A stretch of 63,153 nt of DNA, filler included, from Halocafeteria seosinensis (taxonomy: Eukaryota): NCBI GenBank assembly GCA_001687465.1. It is 5 parts of 5 records of this genome, joined end to end, with 100 filler letters (N's around TTAATTAATTAA, not from the genome) between each part and the next. Parts side by side here need not be neighbours in the genome. Positions count along the whole stretch, not along the records: positions 17,710 to 33,664 come from LVLI01000026.1; positions 33,765 to 60,566 come from LVLI01000028.1; 3 more parts are not named here. One strand, 5' to 3'. The first letter of the stretch is position 1. Each line of letters starts with the position of its first letter. The notes under the pieces are model-generated. The model ran no database searches and was not told the origin of the DNA. It saw nothing but the letters and a program-made list of their open reading frames with translations. Positions 25,301 through 34,677 of this stretch are shown here, one piece after another. The translations under genes were made by a program, and so were the position numbers.

Positions 25301-28300
25301 TTTGCGACTGTGCAGCAGAACAGCCCTTCATCCTTATAGCTTTTTCCGTTTTCTGGATAATCTTAAGGGATTCGTGTACGGACGAAGAATCCATTAGTTT
25401 TGTCAAAACACTTATAATCTCTGACCTAACCCTATTTCGAAGTACGCTGAGCTCTTTAGTATCCCCCTGATCATCATTAGAGAATTCTTCAGTCTCTGTA
25501 CCCGCAGCTCCCCCAAGTAGGTTTCGGGAGCTCTCCATGTCATTTAGTGCCGGCTTCCCCATGACGGAACTGACGTCCGCCGTTTCTGATTCCTTCCCTA
25601 ACGAGTCGGACACAGCATCTAACGTCATTATCAATGCGTCAACTGCCCCTTGTTTTTTAAGGATATCGGCGCTTTTCTGGACGTCCGCCACCGCGTCAAA
25701 CACGGACAGTATGTCAGATAAACCGCACAGCTCCTCAATACTGTCCCAACTTCGGGAGAATTCATCCCTCTTTGATCCTTGCTTGTCGTCACCCTTTTCT
25801 TGCCTCAACTCTCGGATTAGCTGTCTTGTCGCGCCCCGCGTGACGACAGCTTCCGCCCCAGTATCACCACAAGAGCCAATTTTCCTCAAACCCTTTGCGA
25901 CGAGACCTACGGCCCAAAAATATTTACTCGATGCCCTACGTATGACTGCTGTACAAGCCTCCACGGAGCCACACTCTATGGTCACTCCGATCATCCTACG
26001 CGGGTGAGACAAGCAGGAAAACGTCCCAAGGAAGGAGCAGCCAGCAACAGCAGACGATATTAAATGGACTAGAGAAGACGTACCCTTCGATACCATCTTC
26101 GGTAACGTCGAGTAGCAAATGCTGCGGGCTATCATTTCCAAAAGCTGCGGCAGCTCCTCCAGTTCCCCCAAATTCTTCCTTACGGAAGACGGGACACTGG
26201 AAGATTCGAGATGACTTCCGTACTTCATAATATCAGCAACAATACCACTCTCTAGCCGCGACACTAACGCCATTTTGGACTGTTTCGTTTTCTCATCTGC
26301 CAAGGACACAGTGCGGTGGAGAGAGCCATCCAACGAGCCTCCATCGTTGTGAGTAGACTGTGCCAGGTGTGCCAGTTTTTCTAATGTCTTGCAGCATCGT
26401 TGTAACAGATCTTCTTGAAGAGTTTCGGGCAATTTCTTTGAGTCCGCTGCACTCTTATTGGCTAGCGGATTCCATGCTAACTTACCCTTCTGCTGCTTTT
26501 GATTGTTTTCCGCAACGCCTTTGATGTTAGAGAGCATTGCGACAAATCGTATCAAAACGCCAATTCCAGAGTAGTGGGATAGTAGATATGCATGAGGGGG
26601 TGATGCGGCGATTACTTCAAGTAGACACGCGTATTCCGTCGCTAACTTGGCCACTTCGCTGGCGTCGTCAGCAGACACATCTTCCGGCAGCTTTGCATCC
26701 GAGACGTCTGTATTTATCGTCAACCCGTCATTGATAATTTCTTTCACCGACATGTCAAACAAATCAGCGCGGCCAGCGAGTTCCTGAAGAGCAGTGCACG
26801 TAGAGTACATTCCTCGCACAGCCCCGGAAATATCATTTTTCCTCACCAAAGCATTTACGGCCGTCAAAAACGCCCCAAACACAATTTCCGATTCGCCAGT
26901 ATTGGTCGCGGACTCTACGAAACTTGTGTAAGCATTAACAATTCCGTGTATACAACCATGTGATTTTGCCTCCTGTTGAGCCGACTCATTGTCATCGCAA
27001 AGGATCGAAATGGCATACATGGGCGACGCAGCCAAAGAAGCGCAGTCGACATCTTCTAGAAGATCGATTGATAGCTCTAGTATTTCCTCTCTTACATCTT
27101 CTACAATATCATCCTCAACTCTCTGCGAGTTTCGCGAAAAGGTAGGTCGATGGGCACCATCCATGACGTCATGAAAAGATTGCCCAAAAGACCTGCTACT
27201 GAGGGCTACTGATCGTCGATTGTCCGCCGTATCCTGCTTCGTATCAGCTGTGTACTTTAGTAGATTCACCAGGCAATAAATCGAGCCAGTATCCCGGAAG
27301 GCTGCGCATGCATCGCCTACATCTTTTTTCCGCTCCGAATGTTGAAGACGATAAATATATTCTACAATAAGTTCAGATGCATAATAAATAACAGTGTTGT
27401 ACTGTTCGTGAATATTTGCTGTATTCAACAAGGAGGAGATCACGTGCACATCCGGTAGCTGCTCGGAAGCTACTCGCATGGTAAATGTCCTCGCAAATTC
27501 CACTGTTGCGGCGACAACTGACGCGTGGGACTTGAACACTGACGGTAGCTCCGTTAGGATTATATGATCAATCCAGTCCTCGGTGCCGGATACCTTTAAC
27601 GAGCCCACGGTATCCAAAGGGACCCGTTGTAAAATATCGGCAATGCATCCAATGCTCTCTGCCACAATCAGGGGACTATTGGAATCAGAACGATGGATGT
27701 ATAGCAACGAAATTACCCTAGCTGTCAATCCACCTTTCGCGAGTACACTTGCACCTATTCGACTGTTTCGTAATATCCTCCGGATCATCTGCATGACCGA
27801 AACTGCAGCTTTAGCATTCGCTGCCTCGCTCGGTAAACTCACAATTTTATCTCTCAGGTCAGCTTCTTCAGTAAACCGACTACACACTGACTCTTCTAAT
27901 GCAAGAGAAGACCCAAGCGATGCAGCAAACTCTGCTTCCCTCTCAGTGATCGAGCTACCATCCAAGTTGATCCCACATATGTTCACTAATAACGACAGCA
28001 AATTTTCACCTAGCACTCGGGCCAAAATTTTAACACCATAAGATCCTACGCTCTTCCATCTTTGGGCAAATTCGACGGCTGGGGCCATAGCCGCTACAGC
28101 GCGGATGTCGCGCAGTCGTTGAAGTCCTTGCTCGTCCCTGGACAGTCGGTCCATGACACGAAAAGCATATCTGATATGAAAATTATCCCTAGTGCTCCCA
28201 TCGGTGTATAACTGGCAGGCGTGGACGAGACCCATGACTGCGCGCGCAAAGGTGCACTGCTGCAGTCCGGCTTTAGTCCTTGTCACAACTTCCATTCCTT

Positions 28301-28874
28301 GAAACAAGAGTCGAACAACAAGGGGACTGTGGAACGTAGCTGTAGAGAGTCCTTCAAAATGCGTTGCATCCGCAGCGTCCTGAGGCTTTACTTCCGGAAG
28401 GAGTTTTCGTGTCACCTCTGCCAATTTATAGCAATCCGGGTGTGCTGCATGGGTGGTTGCGCATTGCGTCACCATACTCGCCAGTTGCTCCAATATATCT
28501 CTCCGTGTTTGCCACTCCTCCTGAGGGATGCTTCCCGGGGATTGCCTATGTATGTATTCTTTAAAGAAAGCGTCTGTTGCTTTGGTTATTTTGGAATGAT
28601 CGTTGCTGAGTTCCTCAAAGACTTCCTGGGTCTTGCCCGCCAGTACGATGGCGTTTATTTGTCGAATAGCCCCGTGAAACAAGTCCACGTCGTCCGGATA
28701 GCGTTCTAGGACATCTTCTAGGGCGGGCAGAACCCCTAATGAATGCGCTGTACGTGCATTTTCCAGCCATCCGGAGGCAGGGGGAGCCGCTGTCTTCACC
28801 AACGCCTCAATGCTGTAGACAGCCAGGCGCTTGAAGTCCTTCCTTTTCTTAATGGAAGCCACAAGAGCCTCCAT
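19377..28874 (-). CDS. Giant (3165 aa) armadillo/HEAT-repeat protein with a possible C-terminal PH-like domain
   Basis: Uninterrupted 9.5-kb ORF with ARM-like units (LCALSNMA, ALRAIGNLT, ACDVLGNL); C-terminal beta-rich region plus helix resembles a PH fold. Confidence 0.8.
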   Translation of the reverse strand: MEALVASIKKRKDFKRLAVYSIEALVKTAAPPASGWLENARTAHSLGVLPALEDVLERYPDDVDLFHGAIRQINAIVLAGKTQEVFEELSNDHSKITKATDAFFKEYIHRQSPGSIPQEEWQTRRDILEQLASMVTQCATTHAAHPDCYKLAEVTRKLLPEVKPQDAADATHFEGLSTATFHSPLVVRLLFQGMEVVTRTKAGLQQCTFARAVMGLVHACQLYTDGSTRDNFHIRYAFRVMDRLSRDEQGLQRLRDIRAVAAMAPAVEFAQRWKSVGSYGVKILARVLGENLLSLLVNICGINLDGSSITEREAEFAASLGSSLALEESVCSRFTEEADLRDKIVSLPSEAANAKAAVSVMQMIRRILRNSRIGASVLAKGGLTARVISLLYIHRSDSNSPLIVAESIGCIADILQRVPLDTVGSLKVSGTEDWIDHIILTELPSVFKSHASVVAATVEFARTFTMRVASEQLPDVHVISSLLNTANIHEQYNTVIYYASELIVEYIYRLQHSERKKDVGDACAAFRDTGSIYCLVNLLKYTADTKQDTADNRRSVALSSRSFGQSFHDVMDGAHRPTFSRNSQRVEDDIVEDVREEILELSIDLLEDVDCASLAASPMYAISILCDDNESAQQEAKSHGCIHGIVNAYTSFVESATNTGESEIVFGAFLTAVNALVRKNDISGAVRGMYSTCTALQELAGRADLFDMSVKEIINDGLTINTDVSDAKLPEDVSADDASEVAKLATEYACLLEVIAASPPHAYLLSHYSGIGVLIRFVAMLSNIKGVAENNQKQQKGKLAWNPLANKSAADSKKLPETLQEDLLQRCCKTLEKLAHLAQSTHNDGGSLDGSLHRTVSLADEKTKQSKMALVSRLESGIVADIMKYGSHLESSSVPSSVRKNLGELEELPQLLEMIARSICYSTLPKMVSKGTSSLVHLISSAVAGCSFLGTFSCLSHPRRMIGVTIECGSVEACTAVIRRASSKYFWAVGLVAKGLRKIGSCGDTGAEAVVTRGATRQLIRELRQEKGDDKQGSKRDEFSRSWDSIEELCGLSDILSVFDAVADVQKSADILKKQGAVDALIMTLDAVSDSLGKESETADVSSVMGKPALNDMESSRNLLGGAAGTETEEFSNDDQGDTKELSVLRNRVRSEIISVLTKLMDSSSVHESLKIIQKTEKAIRMKGCSAAQSQMCHLALTTLSAMCGTEKGKSAGSDVWCEVVDACSQLSVSAAKIGKSNKHYMLVSGFQDSGLSVSADVTDWITEHPYSCRKNPNVPSLLVEKQRRSTVVHDLLSKVTKMLQSPSKLMYVTSEARLEAMHCLCVIPCEQGIGERVLRDKTYLDCITQEAKSQVEVWDSISTYYASLCLRNFASLAQNLQDSSIAANLVERGWLSLSEEISRTCLEYLESTANMQIRGRIGESLAYALETIAILSGERCEEQIQTTLKEATNNIGLFTELDSGELVPSLFASLTEVCTLCHMNDPRGNSKIGEKLLDALSSGHMYDAEDIMGCEKTAVAVFDLVNTLCARKGGTAQITASKENRQALRRMGTKELIVSTISHRNATNAVVSAGSKALTTLEGDVQGQYGFAALLREQLYELALGWHNEEPQVNGPPTGDRKPSSKVDKVKDAAKRLSAAVVSVKTMYTTIWMFSMNAVVDVTGAVLHQLLSGNKSLVQRSDLYEILGISLQSVGKLLSTQVVMGSKDEVSTSTQFNSFIGTDTSVVTELASKGKQAFSNAPFNDCSYSHFVPDPDFEAEPTSVELEFDPLMDTVNGCCKLCMALAGSHTETDTTHCEMLLESSYKSIQASLSRTSVQFKLDIPTRLESIVKGGILSNFMALGIRFSSGASQETSARGTESCFNVVSAIVDKACRETGSPSVVDPRFLLPGALFACCGFSRLCSVDRTDVDLLAFLWDALMDPSSTLHRTLASVYNMNVSEESKISAYYTLVMNQDMISCMLELTALLNTVYEQSVTPFHTLSEMIKLALLFFHSCKISGGPELKYDLVMFDLLPELESELRTSMVAYAGDQRSNYSIKESPDCRLHLLAYIASHGSFKPVKGVIDCQETANILKKCLNKESKDLFSSQKSSVEFANADTCVWLVELLRRECLLGESVSGATSNPQSKQKSELLASFGVFQALSMSLHTKAENHEYTCEVFRLLYDVAKTSALVLGGDKDSLTDGINLLKLDHRSYAMLQAALNHHTEEDDDLKLTQYAAPLLASMEEIFEEYSAWGFLKALKAFLAAAEENRASCNDTSEAILREKADILTTMCERVDADVIPSVPEDVLRRYHDVFANELLQENINVATATAITAARLVDNARNVGYLVDVGAVKTAFRVVYKHRDSVQISDYIITFLRPFSLKQEHVALLKAREHVTCLTELADKYYNVETRVAWMVQDKDDKDDDDGLPETSAPYYPRIAHHCVQLFANIACDTPELDENGNAVEGSEQSGVEIILELEGVSAIRKIMEAQINQPRILEDSLCALSNMAYTTDEARLLIGRECGNVIVQSLQVFHEDPFLFSMALRAIGNLTRIDTNIISIMQHSIGKPICAGMMANINNPDVLQIACDVLGNLVSVEEEGLDRDDAIETLRNGIKSIKKDPAKQEASLHKLGLRILPTPVLDATIAPSHDPKDFDFQAVVAEWLLVDGAAETCIRVLKQHYTNPEVVGSALRALQYFGEVDEILRTVTMELNYPSTLALVLRSCDFDSTVCERGVYAWAQHLRLEDEIREKAFEANAHYILLSILETHQDDASVSDITLRVVAMATIDENSKQTIMAAKEMNSHKAVLRILQNTDDEDLKLHAIVLLSKWSEDRSVVKRMALDTLRACKDLIFSEGTELQVQTLFLIESLLQFRKIVDVSVHIGIIESVSKFAVCNIFEVPGEVIEVLSQIVQRLTQGKADTAASALRKGAEALCDTLSLISAVRNDTVTYNSVGKAYLKLLGLKARCQSAVEAEEEEMKLNQATAAAKAAAAAQASLEADSDSETSSDEESFEVTNNAATQAISNDQYLSQDRPRPGILPLERFPLKVLQLLLKGVNVPIWFLPYMHKKGKLKRRTMMLALSEHYDVLTFYYHSNKLKRDLQWKVFLSEVVNVRVGLPLHKMRKRLFRKTPDRTRSVCLDTVEGTCLHTELPSTEDAEIFRICIILLTAFAKARAKFSAPSR

Positions 28875-29246
28875 TGCCTACTGTCAAACCCACCTGAAAC
28901 TGAGCCGTAATCTAATCTACCCTAGCAGACGCACGATCATTTCCTCCGCGTGCTGCTTTGCTTTTCTTGTTCCCGGGAGGGGAAAACAGACAACATTAGA
29001 GATGATGCGCCCATAAAGCGACAAAACTAAAACACCCCGTTCTACTGTAGTGGTGTGCGCGGTACACACAACTGAAAACAACAATGCGTATGATATGATA
29101 TGATATGATATGCTACCAGTAGTATATTATGGTTACAAACTGATGGAGCGCATCTTTTTTTTGCTTGCTCCATAGCGTGCAAACAATTGTTTCACTCAGC
29201 TGTTCAGAATCTCGCGGGTGGGACGCCGTGGGACGGACAGCCGAGA

Positions 29247-29249
<3 letters not shown>

Positions 29250-29292
<43 letters not shown>
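29250..29292. repeat. (GT)n microsatellite
   Basis: Visible run. Confidence 0.95.
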
Positions 29293-29293
<1 letters not shown>

Positions 29294-30459
29294 CGAGCAA
29301 GCAACAAGTTGCTTTGAGCCTAGGGATGGCCGTGGTGATCAACCCATCTGGAAGTAGTGCGCGCACAGCGTGACGGTTTCACCAATCCTCGAAAAAGAAA
29401 TAAGGACAGTGAAGTGGGCAGTGGAATGAAGGTCGGTCAATCCGTGTAATATTGCTTTACGGTACAGCCAATTAGGAGTGCTGATTGTCTAACCTTGAAT
29501 GCAGGGTAGTGAACCCGTCATCTTCTAACAGCCCCACGAGAACTCGAACGTCCCGATACTGAGACGGCCAGTTTGAGACGACTCCTTACATTTCTCACAA
29601 GACTAGTGTCCAACTTTCTTATTGAGAACATTTACAAGGAAGAGTCTTGGTAGGGCAATAGCAGATGGACCAGTGTCTCCGGTTCCAGGGGAATAAAATT
29701 TTGACACCAAGGGCGGTCTGAGAGGGAAGTCGGTTGCGGTCATCTTTACCCTATCCTCAAATACCGTGAAGCTGTGGTCATTGACAATATCCAACAGTAC
29801 TGCTAAACGATAGCAGGGTCCACAAATCCCTGCAATATGTATCCATAGATATGGTATATGTGACTCGAGATGGATAGTGCGCGCTCCCGACTTACAGGAG
29901 GATCCCAGCCACTCCCTTCTGGGGTGACTCTTCGCAATTGCATCCAGAATGGTGACCATTATCCTTTGACGAAGCAACATCACCCTGTTTCGCTTGTTTC
30001 GCATGCTGCTTTTCTTTAGAAGGCGCTAGCGTGCATACCGACACGTACATGTTAGTTGTCATTCAGCCATTCGATGCCAAAGTGTTGTGGCGCTTACTTG
30101 TTTTTCAATCTTTATCAACCCGAGCATTTCAGCGTCACCTAACGCGTCAGTTGAGGTAGTATGGATCAGCTCCGCAGTTTCAGGTACAACTGTTTTGACT
30201 TCATTCGATACATCCTCCAGAGTCAGGAGGACGGTTTAGATATTGGTCGGCGGCAAGACATACTACAGTGCGCTGCGGTTCCGTCCTGGATTGGTGTTTG
30301 ATACCATAGAACGCCCAAGTGGCGGCGCACCCTCACCTCTGTGCATGCTTGAGATGTCAATGCTTGGTTATAATTCTTTGAAACGTATCGATCGGTTCCT
30401 GAAAATCAAGCCACGGTACCCGTGCGAGGATCTGCACTGCAGTCGAGCAAACTTCCCCA

Positions 30460-30725
30460 TATGAGTGGATAGTCACAGGCAAAACCGAGAGTACCTCGGT
30501 GGCTCGCGATAAGGCACGATGCATTGCGGCGCGCACCACAACCGGAGACAACATGGACTCAAACAATCAGGGCTGAAAAGTGAGCACGCTCCAAAGTACG
30601 TGTTATTGAAACTAATAGGAGAGGCAGCGCGTCGGGCAAGAGAGCGTACATTGGTATTCCTGGACTTCCAAGTGGCGTATCCTTTGGAAATGTCCACAGT
30701 TGAGGTTACCGTACGTGGAAGATAG
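30460..30725 (+). pseudogene. Possible degenerate non-LTR (LINE) reverse transcriptase remnant
   Basis: QSGLKSEHAPKYVLLKLIGEAARRARERTLVFLDFQVAY resembles the Q.GFR...VFLDF.KAYD RT motif; no long ORF. Confidence 0.35.
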
Positions 30726-31217
30726 TCGAGCTTTATGAGCCAAGATAACACATGTTCCGTTAGTATCGCTTCCGGAGTCTAGATGGCTTATTCCTTCTGA
30801 ATCCATTGGATGAACGCGAAGCACTTCGATGGAGGATGAGTGCTGCGGCTATGGCGAAGTACAAGAGTCTTGAAAAGTAAACGTTGTATGCTAGCGTACC
30901 CAGTCACTTCTGGAGTTTGGCATTTCCTAGGTGGAAGAGCCCATACAACGCGTGTATCTTGTTCGGGTTCTACTTGTATTTCTGATGTAATTGGGGCATA
31001 CATGGCCATGTGGCTGCTGTATCACTGTTTAATATTCTTGGCCCGTCGCTGAGACTGGCCTCGAGGGCAAGCAGATAGGAGGCAAAACTCCATCAAGATG
31101 CGCATGAAGCACGAGAAAGGGGATAGAAAGAGGCATCATGGCGTGCATACACAGTGTATGAGAGAAAAGGTAGCAGTACGCGTATTTATGTAGTTCACAC
31201 ATCCACCTACCGCAGAG

Positions 31218-31470
31218 CGGTACGTAGTGAGTACGCATATTTATGCGTATACTGCCACAATCCTCCTCGTGGAAGAACTTCGGCCCGGACGTACAGTGTG
31301 TATTCGCTACACAGTGTATGAGAGAAAAAGTAGGAAGGAGAGAGTGGGAAAGAGGAGGAGGAGGGAACCAGTGTCGAACGGTACGTAGTGAGTACGCATA
31401 TTTATGCGTATACTGCCACAATCCTCCTCGTGGAAGAACTTCGGCCCGGACGTACAGTGTGTATTCGCTA
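31218..31470. repeat. Direct duplication of ~92 bp
   Basis: CGGTACGTAGTGAGTACGCATATTTATGCG...GTGTGTATTCGCTA at ~31218-31309 and ~31379-31470. Confidence 0.9.
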
Positions 31471-32023
31471 TGCAGGCACTGGGATGTAGACTACATACAC
31501 TTAGGGAGGTACCGAGGGAGCAGCCGTGTGTAGACATTGTAGGTCCTGCTTGAAGGAACCCAGTGAATACTCGCTACGGAGGTACTGTAGTACGGATAGA
31601 GGGAATACGGGGTTCGTGGTTTATGCCATGGAATATTTTATTCACTTTTTGAGAACGAAGTACGTTGTTGCAGATAGACTTGTTTGGGATGCTGCCCTCA
31701 TGCTGGTGATGATGCTGGCGCTATGGCAGGCATTGCGGTAGTAGCCGTCATGGATGCCAGGTGCTGGTTTGGTTGCTCGAGACACTTACCAAGTTGGGCC
31801 GTAGTTTCCTCAACGTTGATGTTCATTTCTTTCATCTCTTTCAACACCGTGATCCTTTCTCTCAACAAGGTGAGTTTGTCTGAACTTAGCTGTTTTTCTT
31901 CAATGACTCGGACAGGCTTCGAAGGGGTTGATCCGTTCACAGCATCATCGTGCTCGCGTTTTTCAGCAATCCTGCGCGCCTGCTTAGTGCGCATATGAAC
32001 ACCCACCTCCTTTATGTCATTGG

Positions 32024-32695
32024 GTGATAGGCCATGTTTCTTGGATGCGTTGGGACTTGGTGAACCGGTACCACTGGCAAATGCCGCCAGCTTGTCGTCT
32101 CCAGCGGGATTTCCAAATAGGACCCCTAACCGGTGGATACCTCATTGTTGACGGAGGGTACCAGAACTTACCTTGTTTTGTCGACCCACTGCATTGTGCT
32201 AATGGCCATAAGGAAGTTCACTGGTCCGAGTTTTTGAAATCTGTCCGGAAAGACGTAGAATGCGCCTTCGGCATCCTTAAGTCGCGATTTCGCATTCTAA
32301 GAAATAGCAACGCAATAATCAAGACTTGTGCGATTTTGCACAATATGTTACTCGCTTACGATGGTCTTGACGAATTTACCTGGGATGATGGCGATATCGG
32401 GGGAAGTGACCCTGACATGAGTGATGCCGACATTTATTTCCATGAGCCCAACCGTGTGAGTGATCATCAGGACAATGTGCTCGCAGGAGATGGTACACCA
32501 TTGCCCGAAGGTTCCCAACGAGTAAGGCTCCAGTTCCAATTCACTAACAGAAACCATTACGACATGATTCATAAATGGTTAGTCAACCACTTTTATCATC
32601 AGTGGAGATACGGACAGTTACAGTGGCCCCGTCGTTTCTCTGCTGTAAGCAAAGCAGCACATCCGGCAGGCACTAGAAGAACATACGGACAATAG
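32024..32695 (+). pseudogene. PIF/Harbinger transposase, C-terminal fragment
   Basis: YLIVDGGY, SVRKDVECAFGILKSRFRIL and CAILHNMLL motifs; the N-terminal half with the first Asp is missing. Confidence 0.85.
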
Positions 32696-33664
32696 TCTAT
32701 ATATAGATGAGGACAAGCGGTTACTCTGCGGTGTATTACTCCATAGCACAGCAAGAGGAATCAAATTGACGGAGTTCACGCGTGAAGCGAGTTGCAAGGC
32801 AAACTATGCCCGCAACTGCTATCATGGTAGGGAAGACTCCGCTGAGGCCGTGGCGATCGAAAACTGTAAACGTATCGGCGATTTCTTGTGGACACTACCG
32901 AACATTGAGATACCTGCCAACCGAGAATTAGTCTATAGCGATCCGAATACCCCTTGAGCCTGTCTTCCTCCCTCTCTGTGGGCGTGGGTGTTAGACGCCA
33001 CCAGCGCAGAGTGAAATGCTCCTTTTCTCTCTCTCTCTCTCTCTCTCTACCCCTCTCCGGGGAACTCTACACCAGCATTGGTGTCGCATAGCAATAAGAG
33101 ATGCCAGGCAGATCCGCAAGCTTATCCCCAGCGTGGAAGCTTCCTCGTTCAGTCATCAGCGACACGAACGACGTGATTCTCCGGCTTGGAGTAGCATATA
33201 CCTGCCTCTATCACACCAGATGAATATCACTTCTTCCCTCGTCTGCATCTCTCTTTCTCTCGCGATTAAACCGAATGATCCAAAGTCACCGAATTTACCC
33301 AGTCAACGACACTATTAAGCCACCCCTAAGCCACCCCGTTCTGGTTGACTTTCGGGTGAAAGAACTTTCAAAGAAGTCAACCTAACTTGAAGTAGTTGAT
33401 TTTTCACTTTTTCAACTTCAACTTTTTCAACTTCCGTTAATAAGACACACCCTAATACAGTTTTGTGTGTAATAGGTTGTGTGTATTCAACTTCAACTAT
33501 AGTAAGTACCCGTTAGTCGAGGCTACGCCTCCCATCATACGCCGTATTGGGCATTACTAAATGCAACCACTTGCGCAGCATTCTGCAGTTGCTCCGCTGC
33601 ACCGAACAGCTTAGGCGCAATCGAAGATCCCTGACAAACAAGACCGGATCCGTTACCCTTAGAT

Positions 33665-33764
33665 NNNNNNNNNNNNNNNNNNNNNNNNNNNNNNNNNNNN
33701 NNNNNNNNTTAATTAATTAANNNNNNNNNNNNNNNNNNNNNNNNNNNNNNNNNNNNNNNNNNNN
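33665..33764. other. Artificial contig-joining spacer
   Basis: N-TTAATTAATTAA-N. Confidence 0.97.
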
Positions 33765-34677
33765 CTAAATATCNTTTCTTGATCTTGGAATGTCCCCATT
33801 TGCCTCCGTAGAAGCCTACTTTCAACCGCTGGAACACGTCGTTTGCTGACTCTCCGACCAGGAAGAGTGACGCCGCAAATTGTTTCACGTAGCACCAGAA
33901 AAGCTCACTCGCATTGCAAACAGCGCTTTGAGGTGGTTGCCACAATACAAGGAGCCAGTCATATGGCTCATGCCACTGGCCACTGTCCCTCAGCTGCTGG
34001 TTAAAATGTTTCAGGAAGTTGTCTAGCCTCCCTGGGACCATTGCGCGGACGTATGTTTTCCTGACTGCATTCGACCATGCTTTAGCCTCGTCGACAGAAG
34101 GTCTAACACGGCTATCCGTTGGAGAATCATAAAACTCCCCTAAGGTGCAAGATATTACTCCTTCTTCGTAGTTCCCTTTGAAGCTCCGCTTACTGCTCAC
34201 AATTTTGAAGTGTTTGTCGCACTCGATTTCGTAGCCGATGATAGGCGCTACACCGTTGTCGTACGTGGAGTCAGCATGAATTATTCGGCAGGGAAATACC
34301 TTTCGTGCTCCGCCACGATTGCATACAGTCTGTTTTCTGTTAATGCGTATAATTATGTGCCTCCAGTTGTCTCCAAAGCCTAATTGCCACAATGTCGGTA
34401 AGTCTTTCTTCTTGGCCTGCGCAGGATAAACAACACCCTCGGGGAGGGGGTTGTGGAAGGATGCGTTATCGAGAACCAATATGCACTGCTTTTGTGGAAA
34501 CCTTCTTCTAAGAACTTTTACTATTCGGTTTTGGAAGTAGCTCATAAAGAGGTCGCCGGTGACGTTTCGCTTGTAGTCCTGCCCTGGTGAATCGGACCGA
34601 AATATGAACTCACAGGTTTCCGGACCTCCCTCCTCGAGACTGTCATCTAGACTTGTTTCAGGAGGAGTGTGGTTATA
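33765..34677 (-). pseudogene. IS630/Tc1-like (Sailor/DD82E-like) transposase fragment with a long insertion between D and E
   Basis: DYKRNVTGDLFMSYF, ILVLDNASFH and LWQPPQSAVCNASELFW motifs; frame open from 34677 to the contig edge. Confidence 0.75.

Noticed and set aside
19876..28709. Many plus-strand ORFs within the giant gene
   Set aside because: Antisense shadows of the 3165-aa ORF
31698..32006. Possible Harbinger second (Myb/SANT) ORF remnant
   Set aside because: Only coiled-coil-like sequence, with no Trp-repeat Myb motif
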